Made by a program: the position numbers and the translations under genes | Assembly (NCBI GenBank): GCA_002104905.1 | Contig: MCFE01000277.1 | Coordinates: forward strand, 41,013 to 105,012 | Direction: 5' to 3' | DNA from: Basidiobolus meristosporus CBS 931.73 | Taxonomy: Eukaryota; Fungi; Basidiobolomycota | Length of the DNA: 64,000 nucleotides | Shown here: piece by piece, positions 39,442-52,841 of the stretch | Layout: every line of letters begins with the position of its first letter | Numbering within the stretch: position 1 is the first letter of the stretch | The notes under the pieces: model-generated | What the model was told of the DNA's origin: nothing | What the model saw: the letters and a program-made list of their open reading frames with translations, nothing else | Database searches by the model: none

Positions 39442-40114
39442 CACCCACCTGCCGGGGTTTGTTTTACCCTTAAAGCCCAACCTTGTTCACGGCAATCAGG
39501 ATCGGTTTCCGGATCCTACAGCATCCTTGAGTGTATCTTTGTAATGCGAATGATGGGCTCCCACCACAATAGGGAATATATAAAGCTAGATCTGTTCGTG
39601 TCAGCGCACAATGGTGTTCCATTCGTGATAAACTGAGGATTGCCACGATTGCAATCACGTCGGAACCCGTTTGATCGTATCATTTCCAAACCTCCTCCTG
39701 GGCACTTTTGTTCCAATCGAGCTGCGCGTGCATGCATCGAAGATTGTGTAGAGGCGAAAGGAACGGAGATGCATTTCATTAGCCCAGTGCTTGGAACCAT
39801 GGGGATTTCACCCACCGCAGCCAACCTCAGGAGAGCAGCGCAGCGGGTGGTGTCGCATGTATTCGTGATTCGTGCTTGACCAGATAGGTCCAGAGCAAAA
39901 TGTGGGAAATTTCATGCCATGCTAGTGCGCTCAATAGGAAACTTTAGGCAAGTCTGGATAATGAAGGGAATGCAGTCACTCGGTTGGATGCTAAGCTAGC
40001 TTCACGATCTCGCCGGGCTCAACCAACACGTTCAGATGGTCGCTGGTCTCGTATTTATTGAGCTGGTCCACCCGACTTCCCATCAAGGAAGCCTAGCCAT
40101 TGCATCGATCTAGT

Positions 40115-40855
40115 ATGAGATACACTCTATTTCTATCTTGCCTCTCCCTTCTCACCGCCTTTAACCTGACCAATGCCTACGACGCAAGATTGACCTTGGA
40201 AATCTTGGAAGCCGCAGTGCCATCCAGCGCTGGACAAGGGCAATGTCCACAAGCGACTTTCAAAGAGGAGTGCCGGAATGCACAGCAGGCACTAGCACCG
40301 CTCAGAGAATCCTTCATAAAGTATGGAATCGATAGTGTTGGTGCAGAGGCAGCTATCATAGCATTGATCGCATATGAGTCGGGCTCCTTCGCCTTTAACA
40401 TTAACCACTGGCCAGGTCGTGCAGGCCAAGGAAGTAAGTGTCCGTGAAGGGAGTTGTGTCTGTGTAAGCGCTGACGGATGGTTTGTTGATTTCTAGCACG
40501 CAACATGATGATGTTTCCCGGGATCCACGAGTACGTCAAGAGCCTAGCCTCCGTAAACCGCAGATACCTCAAGGTCATTGCCAACCTCTCCGAGCCGTTC
40601 TCGGAAGAAAAGCAGAACGAGATCCGTGCTCTAGTCCTTGACGACAGAGAGAGTTTCGCCTCAGCTGCATGGTACCTAACCAAGTCTTCAGAGTGCCCCA
40701 GGGATACACTGGAGAAGCTGCGCGCGAATACTGAGGATGCCTTTAAATACTACACTCTCTCGTGTGTCAAGACTGACGGAAGCACTCTTCCAGACAGAAT
40801 CGCCATCTGGAAGCGAGTGACTGACGCATACAAAGCCCACGACAACGAGATCTAA
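40115..40855 (+). CDS. Secreted protein of an uncharacterised fungal family, possibly lysozyme-like fold (intron 40434-40496)
   Basis: Signal peptide MRYTLFLSCLSLLTAFNLTNA; core ECRNAQQA...ALIAYESGSFAFNINHWPGRAGQG|TRNMM...SFASAAWYL. Confidence 0.8.
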
Positions 40856-41147
40856 CCGCTTACCCAGCACGAATACTAAACATTGTGCATAGATAGATAC
40901 TGTCAATATTGTTATGACAACCAAACATTCATCGTCCATATCAAGTTCATGCTGTACACAATAAAAAAATCGATCGCCAGCATGGCGCGCCAACCTTGGC
41001 TCAACGTGATCTCATCCACCTTCACGCTAACTGTAGAATCTGGTACTTTAATCACAGATAATATTACATCTTGTTATGGTGATACATTTCTTGTGGGGTA
41101 AGATATATTGTTCGGCGTTTCAATGATGGGGAGGCGGATCCGTACAC

Positions 41148-42076
41148 TTACAAAATCTTGGTTCTCTCCTTCCAGTAGTTGCTGCCGTACGAGACAAAGA
41201 TCTGAGAGTCGGCAACAATGGCGGTTTCGGTCACGTACATAACATGCCACATGTTGTTGAAAGGCACGTAGACGCCACGTGTGTTGGGCTCGTCGTGGTG
41301 ATTGGCGAAGCGGAACCAGTTTCCATGTAGCTTGGCGTCGATGCCAAGGTCAACCTTTTCACCCTGATCGTCTAGCACCTGGCCTTTGTAGTTCCACATG
41401 TAGTCGGTTGTGTAGGAGTTGTTGGTCAGGTATCCTCCGTAGACTCCTAAGATGGCTCCTGAGGGAATGTTGACGGAGGCAAACAAGCCGTAACCTCGGA
41501 TATCATCCACCCAACGAATGTAGTATCTCTTGTCGTTACGGGTTCCTTCGGTGATGTATGGCCCGTACTTTAGGGATAGTCTGTGTTGGGAGTACTCATC
41601 CTCCGTATACTCCTCATCAGTTCTGATGTCATGGGCGTGGACGAATCTCTCAATTAATGGATCAACCATCTGACAATTTTTGGTTAGTCTGCGGCAATGC
41701 CTAGAGTGCAAGTTTATCAAATTACCATAGTGTGGGCGGGAATCACTTGGTGATATTCCTTGAAGTCTTCCATGTAGAAGCGGCGCTCATCTGGATGCTC
41801 GATAGATTCAACCTTCTTTCCTCTCAAGATCGCTTGCATCATCTCGTTTTGTAGGAGGATGTTTTGGCGGTGGAGTTTGTGGGTATCGGATGTTATTCCG
41901 GAGTAGCTAACAATCGGCTCCAACGACTTGCCGATCAGGACAAATACGACAACGTAGAATACGAAAGCGTAGACACCGTTAGGTACGGATTGGATCATGC
42001 GTTTGATCGGACCTTCTGAGTGGGTCCCCACTTTGAGATCTTTGGCGTCGGACGCCACAAATCTAGCCTTGGACAT
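41148..42076 (-). CDS. SET-domain protein with N-terminal hydrophobic (TM) segment (intron 41670-41725)
   Basis: Exon 1 has VYAFVFYVVVFVLIG. Exon 2 has SET motifs RGYGLFA, GVYGG, IDAKLHGNWFRFANH and IFVSYGSNYW. The 56-nt GT-AG intron is in frame. Confidence 0.82.
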
Positions 42077-45000
42077 GGTATCTATTGAAGGTTGGAAGGT
42101 AGAGAGAGAGTTGAATGCAGTTACAAGGAAATGAAGTCTACTGTGGGTACTGATAGTATGTTCCTTGAGAAAAGCCAGGCTGCTCAGCGGTCATTTATAA
42201 TGGAATTCCGAACAATCTAAAGGGGTTTAGTATTCGTTTGAGGGCTCATTCAATCCGATTTTATCCAGGTCCCCTGGATTCGCCCTGAAATCACTTAAAT
42301 GCCATTTGATTTCTGTGAATTACAATGCCACTCGATGGGCAATTGTTGATCATTAATTCAGACATTGTTTGGCTAGGGAAGTCTTTTGCAGAATTTTTAA
42401 TGTCCCCATCCTCGTGTAGATCAATAAGGGATATGTGGATGATAAGGGATTGCACTAAACAGCTATGTAGGAGCCTTTATGGAGTTTGTTTAGCCTGGAC
42501 CGACTCCTGATGCTTATTAGACTGAGCTGTAGCTTGGTTACACCATATCCAAGAACACTCATCCATTCCAATAAAAACCCTTGAAACTGCCCCTAATCAT
42601 GTTGTTGAGGTCAACTGAGCACCGTTTCTGCGGTAGTTCAGGGAATCCGGTGCAGGGTGCCTGTTTGAAGTATAATCGACTAGAAGTATCAATTTTATGC
42701 AATCATGGTGAGTGTTTAAACGATCTCACTACCAGCGCTTTGGGTTGGCATTGGGAAGAACACTAATCTGACCTGATGGTGGTGGTTCGGTAGGCAAATC
42801 CCTTGTATTACTAGCGAAATAGCCGCCAAGCAGAAACACGCGCCGACTATATAGAGGCACAATGCAAAGGCTGGATACGATCTCCTTTGATCCAGGGTTC
42901 AATCAATGCTGGGATCATTCTCAGGAAGATCATACTTGGTCGAATTGAATGCCTTTTCTGTACCATGCTATTGCAACAGCCTACCCAGGTTCCCAACTGC
43001 GGACGACAGTAGACTATTGAGCCAGAATGCCTTCTATACAGACCGGCAATACGCCATTTCTTTGCCAGGGTATTTGATGGCTTATTGTCCTTCATTCAAT
43101 CTCATACTAAGCCGTGGTAATCAAACACTCGCGGGGATCCTGACTCTGACTTCCGGAAGATCGAGTAGTGGTCATATCAACTAGGTAGGAGGGGGCTGAA
43201 TACAGATTCTGCAGTATTGATGGCAGTTCTTGTTTACTACAGTGGGTCGTTTCAGCTGGTAGAAACATATTTCACATCTGGTCTTAGAGCAGTGTTTTAA
43301 ACGATCATTGCCTCATACTAGACGCAGGATTCGATGCAAAGATTGACAATGCTTTGTGAATACTGCAAATGCCAGTCCCCTGGTCAGCGTTGCCAATCGA
43401 GAACATGTGTTCCAAGTTTCCATAAGAGCGTTTCTGTAGGTTGGAAAGTGCTTGTATTCTATTGATGGCACGTCTGTAAACACATATTTTGAAGTTCACA
43501 TGATTCATGAATGAGCCGGATCGTATTTGGACCTACTCCATCTGCAGATTCCGTTTCTTGATCAGACTGTGTGTCCAGTGCCATGGTCAAGTTATACGCC
43601 CCTGGTGTCATTTAGAAGAGCCCATTCCAAAATACATTACCATGCTCTGCCACCACTCTTGGATTCTGGGCAGTATCCAATATATTAGAATCACACCTTT
43701 GTCAGCATGGCCCAGAATGAAATCTCAACGATTCCTTTTCCGCAGCTGGCTCGATTCGAGAAAAACAACACCCATGATACGCTCACAAGTGTCATTGCTG
43801 GAATACCACCAGCTAACAAGGAGCTGAGGTACTGGATCGCATCTAATCAAATAGCCCGCCGTGGAATCCTTTCTACGTATCTATTCCAAGACAGGGAAGT
43901 TTAGACTCAAGCAGCATGAATAAGGGTGGAAGGGCCACCGCAAACTGGTAGTGACTGTGTTGTATGACAATCCTCCGTGACGCAGTGAATCCTATCGATT
44001 TCTTATGTGGTTATCTACAGTTCTTCCGGATTCGATTAACAGTTTTACTTGTATCCAATTGGATGACTGGGGTGCATTCCCAACTATGATTGTGAAACGG
44101 CAGTCGATTCCCATCTCTTCACTTTTCCGTTAGCTTTCTATACCTCAGAACAGCTGTGGAGAAAGGTCAGGGTTATATGCGATTGGGCCATGGTATCGAT
44201 TGCTGCCCATCCTGGGAACCAGTGGATGGCTCAAGCCTTATAATACTCTTCCATTGGTCACTGGGTGAATCCTCAATGCCTTGTTCAGAAAGTCGCGGCC
44301 GCCGCAGGGTTGCTTTCTTCAGCGGTACCCGTTCTAGTCACTTGCAGACTACCCCTGCCAGCTCTTTTTCTAGCGGTCACACGTTCATCGGATGATTCTG
44401 GGCATACGTTTCGGGCCGAGTACGTTAGAAACTATGTTCAAGTGCGTGGAGGGAGAAGGCCGACGAAAATAGCATGTTGACGTAAAACGCCGTCTTACTA
44501 CCCGCAGTGGCATAAACCCAATTTCAAATCCAACCATCCATGGTAGTTTAGGCTGACCTAACTCATTCGATCACCCGTAATTGTCCATCAGCCTCCATAT
44601 TAGTCTAGTGCCCTGTCTTAACACTTTCATGCGAATCTGTGTATTATCGCACCAATTCCAGGCCCTACCCTTCATATCATCATGTCTGCATGAGCTGGGT
44701 GTGAGCCAGTTGACGTATGAGGTTTGTTTCAATGTAGATAGTGGTCAAAGGAGCAACCCTCTAGGCTCAAGATCTAACGTTTCAACCTGGCCTATCGCCA
44801 ATAGCTCATCTGGGTAGTAGTCATTGCATTAAGCTTCCAGAACCGGCCCACATGCCTACGCACCATATCCAGAGGCTTTCGGATCAATTGATTAACATCT
44901 ACATATGTTGATTGTACAAGTTATACCTCGGCACAATGCAGAGCAATCGTTACGCTTAACAAGACAACAGGCTAATTTACGGCCATCATTGACTGGTGAT

Positions 45001-45189
45001 TGAGAAAATAGAAACCGTTTTCCTCGTTGCATGTACTCCGGTAATGTCGTGGGTTTGTATGCTTTAAGCGGTTTCAGTGTGAAAACCACACATATAAGCG
45101 AAGAGGATCGCCCCATGGTTGAGCAGTTCACAGTATTACATTTCTCTTATCAGAGCACACCTTTACGATCACAGCCGGCCTAACGTACA

Positions 45190-46800
45190 ATGCAATTGAG
45201 TAAATCATTGTCCAAGGAGCCTGATTATTGCAATGGGAGCGAAGACATCGAATTCCCCTCCAGTGAAGAGGCGTTCTCATGCTCCGGCGTATCCGAAAAA
45301 ACCCTCTTGAGGAAACTGGACTGGCATCTAATTCCTTACCTGAGTCTATTATACCTTTGTTCCTTTCTTGACAGGGTCAATATAGGTAAGTGTGGGTTGA
45401 ACCATCTCCAATCGTATCCTCGTTAACGTGGCGATCCATAGGGAATGCTCGTCTATTTAGCATGGAAGAGAGCATTGGCGTTACTGAGAATCAATTCGCC
45501 TGGTCGCTTTCGATCTTCTATGTGGGTAAGTGTCTGGCTTGATAGCACTTCTGGTGCCGCATTCAAACAAACCCTCCTGTAGGCTATATCTTATTTGAGG
45601 TTCCATCCAACAATTTGTTGAAGCGATTCCGGCCGTCGCGATGGATCTCACGGATTATGGTCTCCTGGGGAATCATCACCATGTGCACTGCGGCAGTGCA
45701 CGGGTTCAACTCCTTGATGGTTTGTCGATTTCTGCTTGGTTCTGCTGAAGCGGGGTATGTGTATGACCGTACCGGGTTACATGGACTTTGGCGCTAATTG
45801 CCACATCAGTTTCTTTCCAGGGATCATATTTTACCTTTCCTTTTGGTACAAGAGAAGCGAGCAGGGTTCAAGAATCGGGCTATTCTTTTCCTCTTGCTTG
45901 CTTGCGGGTGCCTTCAGTGGTGTTCTATCCTTCGTTTTAAGCCACCTTGAGGGGGTTGGTGGGTTGCATGCCTGGCAATGGGTGTTTATTGTTCAAGGAT
46001 CGCCGTCTGTAATCCTTGGGATTATTACATGGTTCTACCTTCCGGACTTCCCTGATACAGCCAGGTGGCTCAGTCCCGAAGAACAGAGGTTTGCTACTAT
46101 TCGATTGCGTTCGGATTTGGTCGATTCCTCCGAAACATCATTCAAGATAGAGGAATTCTGGGGTGCAGTGAGTGATCCGAAAGTATGGCTATACATGGTT
46201 CTGTATTTTTGCGTAGCGACTCCGTCGATTGCCGTCACGCTGTACTTTCCTACTTTGATTTCGCAACTCGGATTTAGCAATATGCAAACACAACTCCTTA
46301 GCGCTCCTCCGTATATCATATCGGCTGCCCTCACCCTTCTTAACACATTTCACTCCGACCGTATCAAAGAAAGAGGATTTCACGTAGTCGTGCCAGGGCT
46401 TGTTGGTACCATCGGTTACATATTGCTATTGACATTAAGAACTCCAGTCCTGTTGTATCTTGCAGCCGCATTAGTAATGCTCGGGATCTTCCCCGCTATT
46501 CCAATCATTATCGCATGGCTCTCTAACAACATGGTGGGCACTACCAAAACTGCTACCGCCACTGCTATGATGGTGAGTTTTGGCACAATGGGTGGCGCCT
46601 TTGCAGGCCAATTTTATCATACGTCTCAGGCACCTCGATACCAAGAAGGCCATTTAGCGTCCCTGAGCTTGGTTTTATTAGGGACTTTCATATCGCTACT
46701 GATAAAGGTCATTTTGAACCGAGAGAACTCTAATCTAGCAGCCTCCAGCGACGCACTCAAATCTGGAGAAGCAAAGTCCGGATTCAGATACATCATGTGA
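45190..46800 (+). CDS. MFS transporter, anion:cation symporter (allantoate/nicotinate permease-like; 4 exons)
   Basis: LLRKLDWHLIP...FLDRVNIG|NARL, EVPSNNLLKRFRPSRWISRIM, LSFWYKRSEQGSR, LPDFPDTARWL. Confidence 0.9.
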
Positions 46801-48269
46801 CTGCAATTTGTCAGCTGCACTATTCCACCAGTCGAAAAGCTCTATCCGACTCTGAGGTTTTAATGCCAGGAGGACCCCCCCCCCCAGGGTAAATGGCCCG
46901 TATTACTGCAATCCAAAACTCAGCGACAGAGCACCATTTTGTCTAATTAACCACATCCATCACATATACTTTACCCAACATCTGATTTCGGTATGTAATC
47001 AAACCATAGCATGGCAACCAAATAAATGGAGTAACTGTGCTGAGTCAGAGTCTTTGGAGTTTCCAGGAAAATATTACCCAGTTGCGATATCCGGCATCCA
47101 CGCGTGATCATGATGTGTGATTGGCGTCAACTGACTGGTATTTTGCTGAGATATGAATCCAATTTGCCAAGCCTTCAAACATCGATATCGATGTGCAGAA
47201 GGCCTTTCTAATGCCACCAGTTGAATGTTTCTGCACGCCACAAACTTATGATAAGTTTTCAGGATGCAACAATTTGCAAAAGTACACGCGGGCAGTGTAG
47301 ATGTATTCGCAATGGGGGCAGATATGACGAGACAGTCATTGTGGTTACTGAACAATCACAAGTCAGCCCTCTAACACATATTGCGCAGAACAGGTTTGTC
47401 GATATTTTAAAATCAGCATCCCGCAATGCAAGTAAGGCTGTCCAGTGTATCTTACACATTCTTTGGGATCGAGAATCATTGCATTGAAAATGATTAAAAT
47501 GATTTAAACCTTACCATCCTGAGGCGCATATTTAGGGGCCCTATAACCTGCAATTGATCAAGATGTATTGGCCTCAGGCTTGTATAGTGTTGCACCACTA
47601 GGGAGCTCAAAGTTGGGAACACGCTCAGTTGCCAGATATTTCAATTATATGTATGACCGGTTCGACGCAGGGAAATAGAAGCCCACCCCAACCAGATTGG
47701 ATCCGGGAAAGGGGGATAAGTGCTTTTCTTGAAACCTTGGGATACAGTTCTCCAGATGGGAATTTTCCATGAAGCATGGTTTCGATTTGGTAGTGGCAAA
47801 AAGTGCTACAATTCAGTACTGTTGCTTGTCTTACCACCTTTACCTCCACCGTTACAGTTCCCAAAAACGTATGATGCATGCCGGGATATCTCAATCATGA
47901 AAGGGTGGCACAAACATGGATATCTCAATGGCACGTTCATTTATTAACCAATCCTACGAATAGTGTTTGGGCTGGAAAGGTGTATAAAAATCCGTAGAGT
48001 ATTGGTTGTCAAGACATTGTACTTGGTGCCTCGCAATCCTAATAAGGCAACGAAGTCATGCATTAGAAATTCGCTGTCCTACAGCATGTTACCTCCGCCC
48101 GGGTTCTGTGAATACGCTGATCAATAACCACTTATAGATAGCCCTGTGGGTAACTATGATATAAGTCATCCACGTACTTTCCCAAAAAAGGTGTGAAGTC
48201 TATCTTCCTCGGATGAATTTAAAAGTTCTTATTCATATATGTCATGGCTCCGGAGTACGCCTGTTGCCT

Positions 48270-49192
48270 TTATTTCAGAGGATACTTGATGCTGGTGCTG
48301 CAAGAGTGACTGCCTTTGAAGCTGTCTGGTACATAACTATCCTTACCCTTCACATGGAAATAGGCCCAGATTTCGTTGAGTATACCGGATTTACACTTGA
48401 AATAGGGGGTAATTCCGAGGCCATTCTTGATAGCATTCGCCATATTCGCTTGAGTGTAGGTTCCACCTGGGACAATCCCTGCGGTAGCAAGAGCACCATA
48501 AAGGTTGTATCTAGCACGCAGACTTAGGACAGTTTGGAAGTAATCCAGCATATCTTCGTATTTTTGGTAATTGGTGCCATAACAGTTTGGATCGAGTGTT
48601 GAGACACAAGTTCCATGTTTACCCCATTCATGCTCCCTAAAAATTCAATGTGTTGGCGTCCAGAATTCCTCTGCTAGGAAGTAGTATACACAAGTCTGCG
48701 TACCAAAAGACACCGTTATCTCCATTATAGGAGGGCCAGTAAACATTCATTTGATCATAGAGACTGCTGTTGGCGTTTTGTACAATCTGTCCAACATTGG
48801 TATACGCCCTCGAAGGATCACATCCACCAGAGGGGCCTTGCGCACCAGAGCTATCATACGATGCAAATCAGTATTGGTGCCTCAGCATGTAACTTTAGCG
48901 CTTACCAAGTATTCGGCCATAGCCCGTGAAGAGTAAAAGCGTCCTTGGGCCCGTACCCCGGGATCCACTAGAAAATATAGAAATGGTCAGTGACTTGATC
49001 ACTGGGCTTCTCGTAAAGGCTCTCAGATCCAATCGATACCTGTTGGGTAAGGACAACTATTCCATAAGACGGAACGCAGCAGGAGTCAGCATTAGAGACA
49101 GCGCAAGAGACTCCATCGATAGGGCAGGATTCTTGAGCGAACACGGTAGCCAAAGACACAAAAGTGCTGAATGTCAAAACGCTAAACCTCAT
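48270..49192 (-). CDS. Secreted ribonuclease T2 (multi-exon)
   Basis: Signal peptide; CAS I FTLHGLWPN and CAS II WEHEWGKHGTC assembled across introns. Confidence 0.92.
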
Positions 49193-51484
49193 TTGCAGAA
49201 GTACTCAGAAGGAATGATACGCCTTAGTCTGGCCTTAGGAACGCATTTTATACACTTTAGATTGTGTGAGTATCAAGCTTTGTCACTCACAAACTACTAT
49301 TCATGTCCGAAAATGAAACCTGAGAAACGTTACTGCTCTGAATGCAACTGAATATTCTCACCTAGGAATACCCTAACCCCACGGGATATTTGTATTCCGG
49401 TGAACAAGTGATCTAATAAGACTTATCAGCAGTGCGGAAGTGACCATGAGCCGCTAACTACTCAGTTTAGAGGGTGCCTGCTGCAAGTAATCATGAAGTC
49501 CTCTGCAAGGGATGAAGTCGTGAAGGCTGCCTGATATGTTGATACACCAGTGAAGTCCACATTTCCGACCGAGATAACACGATTCGCCAGTGAGGAACAA
49601 GTTTTTAACAGGTCATAGGACAAAGATAGAAACATAGTACCCTCTACACTAATGGGAGTGTTCTCTTCAACGGACTTCACCGCAGTTTCTGCTCAAGAAA
49701 ATACCATTGAGATGTTGTCGGTGAGACACAACTTGATTGGGCCTTGAGCTTACCATTCTATCATGTTTCGCTCATGCTGTGCAGCAGGCGAGATTCCCAA
49801 CTCATCAATTAGTGATGGGCATTAATGAGCTATGGTTAGATAGAATGATTATCTCGCAGAGTTGGAGTGATTGTGTAGCATAATTTCTATACCTCACGTG
49901 GAATGCCCAAAGTTCTGGATTGAGCCTGAACATTTAACATAAAAGTGGCTATCATTTCCACAATTATACCGAGTCACGTAGGATAGAGTCCAGGGATATA
50001 GTGGATTCGGGGATAGCGATCCCATACTTCTACAAAACCTGGTAATGTCATGCTAATGAAAAACGTAATGAATACAAAATTATTTGATTCAATATCTGGC
50101 TGATTAATTGAGTATAATATATTGGTACATAGGCAAACTACCAATCATTGGAATCAGAAGGGTATTTACCTACTGAAAGAGCATATCCATTAACATATGA
50201 AAGCTAAAGTACCTTGGGGTGAGTGACAAAGAAGTTATAACTATTATTGTGGCTACGTTAGGGTGCAGATGTTGTAGCAAAGGTTAGGAAAGATTAGATA
50301 TTGTTTGTAAAAATAGCACTTTCTGAAGAAGTGCTATGGAAGCAAAATAGAGTCCCATAGGATGCTCTCATAGTCTGTAGACTTGGTTGGCGACGCCGAA
50401 AAGTCCAACGAGGGTGAGAAGTTTCACCTGGGCAAGGGAGGAGAGTCTACCTAGTGGTCGGTCAAGATCGAGAGTGCAGATCACTTGCCATTGATGATGG
50501 CGCGCTTGATTCTTTTATACTCCTTTCGCTTGCCATCTTCCTCTTGGGAGCGAAGATTTTCGTCAATTACCATCTCACATCTCCGCCAATGGTGGCTCAC
50601 GTTCACGTAGATCCTCACTTAATCAGGCTTGTGGATCATATCTCCAGTTCCCCACTAAGGGTCCACGAATGAGGACCTCACGTATCCTCACCTAAGCTCG
50701 ACCGAACGTCGCACCGTTGATTGAGCTAACCAGCTCTGTGTACGCACTGGCGCAGAGGCACCTTGGTGCGAATGGGGGTTAATTAATTTCAGCCATATCG
50801 GTGCATGCATAGAACCCCGGTGGAAAGTCCAAGCAAACGGTTGACCTGATTCTCAGTTGGTAAGATACCGGTTCCACAAAAGCCGAAATCTCGACCACTC
50901 GGATCCATCCGACTCGTATGGCTGAGGATGATCCATGCTTAATTCGACGATCGTGTAAAGGGTGTCGGAGGTAGATCTAGGGCTAATGGGGCGATTTTGA
51001 GGATGCTAGACTGTAAAGATAGGGTGGAACTTGAATGCCAAGAGGTTACGTTTCCAGGTGCTGGTTGATACTGGTGTGGAAACAAAGCTTGAAGAGCATC
51101 ATGAAACTGGGAGTGCAGTCACCTAATGGGAGGATGCTTGGTTAAAACTCTAAGCTGGCGGCCGCTCCATCGGTGATGAGTGGGTGTATAGCGATTGATA
51201 AATGTATTCCTCCAGTAGAATGGCCAGCTTTGGATGAATTTCCGCCGTTTCCTTTGGAGTAAGTTCGCAATCGAGGTGAATTAGTACCAATTTCAAAAAC
51301 CCAAATGAAGGAACAGGCCGCCGTGGAGAATCGCCGACTCATTTCTATACCACGGAGGTAAGCCGATCAGGCCCCCACTACTTGGAGCCGAGGTTTCGTG
51401 GTATAGTTATAGTATATATAAATGGGATTTATTCGGTATCCAGATTATACATGAGAGATTTGGTACGATGAATGAGCAGTAAAA

Positions 51485-52378
51485 TTATTGCCCAAGTGCA
51501 ATAGTAGCGGTAATGTAGCCAGAGGGGTCGCTAATGGGTTGGAAGATGTTCATGTCCTTGCCTTCGTTGGGAAGGTTGAAGGGCTTCAGGTTGATACTGA
51601 GGTAGTGCTTGTTCGGGAGTGCATAGCTGATCTCGCGAACATCCACGTTCTGACCCAACACCTTCTCACCCATCTGGTACATGGTGGCTTGCACCGAGGC
51701 GGAGTCGTCAGTGGCAAAGGTGCTGAGGGTGATCTCACGAACACTGTTGGCAATCTCGTCGAACGGAATCTCTTCGATCTTGGACTTCTCGAGGTTGTAG
51801 GTCCACTTCGCATCGACACTAGTGGAGAAGATGCGGTCAGTGGCGTCTTGAAGGGTGGTGTACTCGCAGCGGTGGAAGTTGGTGAAGGCGGAACCAGTGG
51901 ACTTCAACACAAGGAGATCCTTGAGGCGAGACTCAATGGACACCTTTCCATCCCGAGAGACTGTCATCTCGACACGTCTAGTCTCATCGCCATCACGGAG
52001 GAAGGAGTGAGGGTGGAGTTGGCCATCGATCTCAACACGGGTCCAGCGGTGTTGGATGAGCTTGATGAAGACATCATCGACGTGGGAGTATCTGCTGATG
52101 AAGTGTTGGCCAATCTCGTAACCAAAGCGCTCGATGGTCTGGACATTCGCAGACTTCTTGGCAAGGACGTAGAGGGTGTTCTTGACAGTGTCAGTTGGGA
52201 CAACAATAGAGTTATCAGCCTCGGTGTAGGAGGTCTCGAACTTGCCATCGAGAAGGACTTGAGCAGTGAGCTCGACAACATCATGCCAGTTATTGGTGTG
52301 GCGGATGACCTTGGTGATGCGAACCTTGGTCTTGCCGTAGGCTTGCTTCTTCAGGTAGGCATTGGAGGTGTTGGTCAT
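51485..52378 (-). CDS. Uricase (urate oxidase), paralog A
   Basis: YGK, VPTDTVKN, LKSTGSAF, DRIFST, SASVQ, PNKHY motifs all intact; intronless. Confidence 0.95.
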   Translation of the reverse strand: MTNTSNAYLKKQAYGKTKVRITKVIRHTNNWHDVVELTAQVLLDGKFETSYTEADNSIVVPTDTVKNTLYVLAKKSANVQTIERFGYEIGQHFISRYSHVDDVFIKLIQHRWTRVEIDGQLHPHSFLRDGDETRRVEMTVSRDGKVSIESRLKDLLVLKSTGSAFTNFHRCEYTTLQDATDRIFSTSVDAKWTYNLEKSKIEEIPFDEIANSVREITLSTFATDDSASVQATMYQMGEKVLGQNVDVREISYALPNKHYLSINLKPFNLPNEGKDMNIFQPISDPSGYITATIALGQ

Positions 52379-52841
52379 TTTGTGGATAGGTGTTTGGCTA
52401 ATGCTCTGTGTGAAATAGTGATGAGGGCTTCTCCCGATTATATAGTACATAGTTGGCTTGCATTAACATAGTGCTGGATCGGTTCTCTGGTAGTCTCGGC
52501 CTTTGTTTGCACTTGTCCTCCTATCGTCGAAGGGTAAATCAAGTTGCCACCCAACATAGATATTCTCAAGGATTGAGATCTGCTCCACATCCTTTAATTT
52601 CGCTCCTATCACAGATGAACTGTGTGACAAACTGCCGTGTCACCAGTCCAATAAGTCAAATCTGATCTATTCAGCTGGCATAACTAGCTACTCAGATTTT
52701 GGGAGCTGGACTAAAGGTGACTGGAATATGGTCTTAGCGCCAGTCTGAAGCTATATGTGTGGAGATGTAAGCAAATACCGCTGCTCGTATATAAAGTGGT
52801 ACTAGGTCGTAGATAGTAATAATTATCTACTATCTTACAAA

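Noticed and set aside
50314-50338. 9-bp inverted repeat ATAGCACTT-N7-AAGTGCTAT
   Set aside because: Single short hairpin in AT-rich intergenic DNA, with no TSD, second copy or RNA-gene context.
51488-52471. 327-aa + strand ORF, and similar antisense ORFs 7416-8141, 52830-53339, 13294-13695, 4837-5295
   Set aside because: Antisense shadows of genes with strong C-ending codon bias; no recognisable domains.
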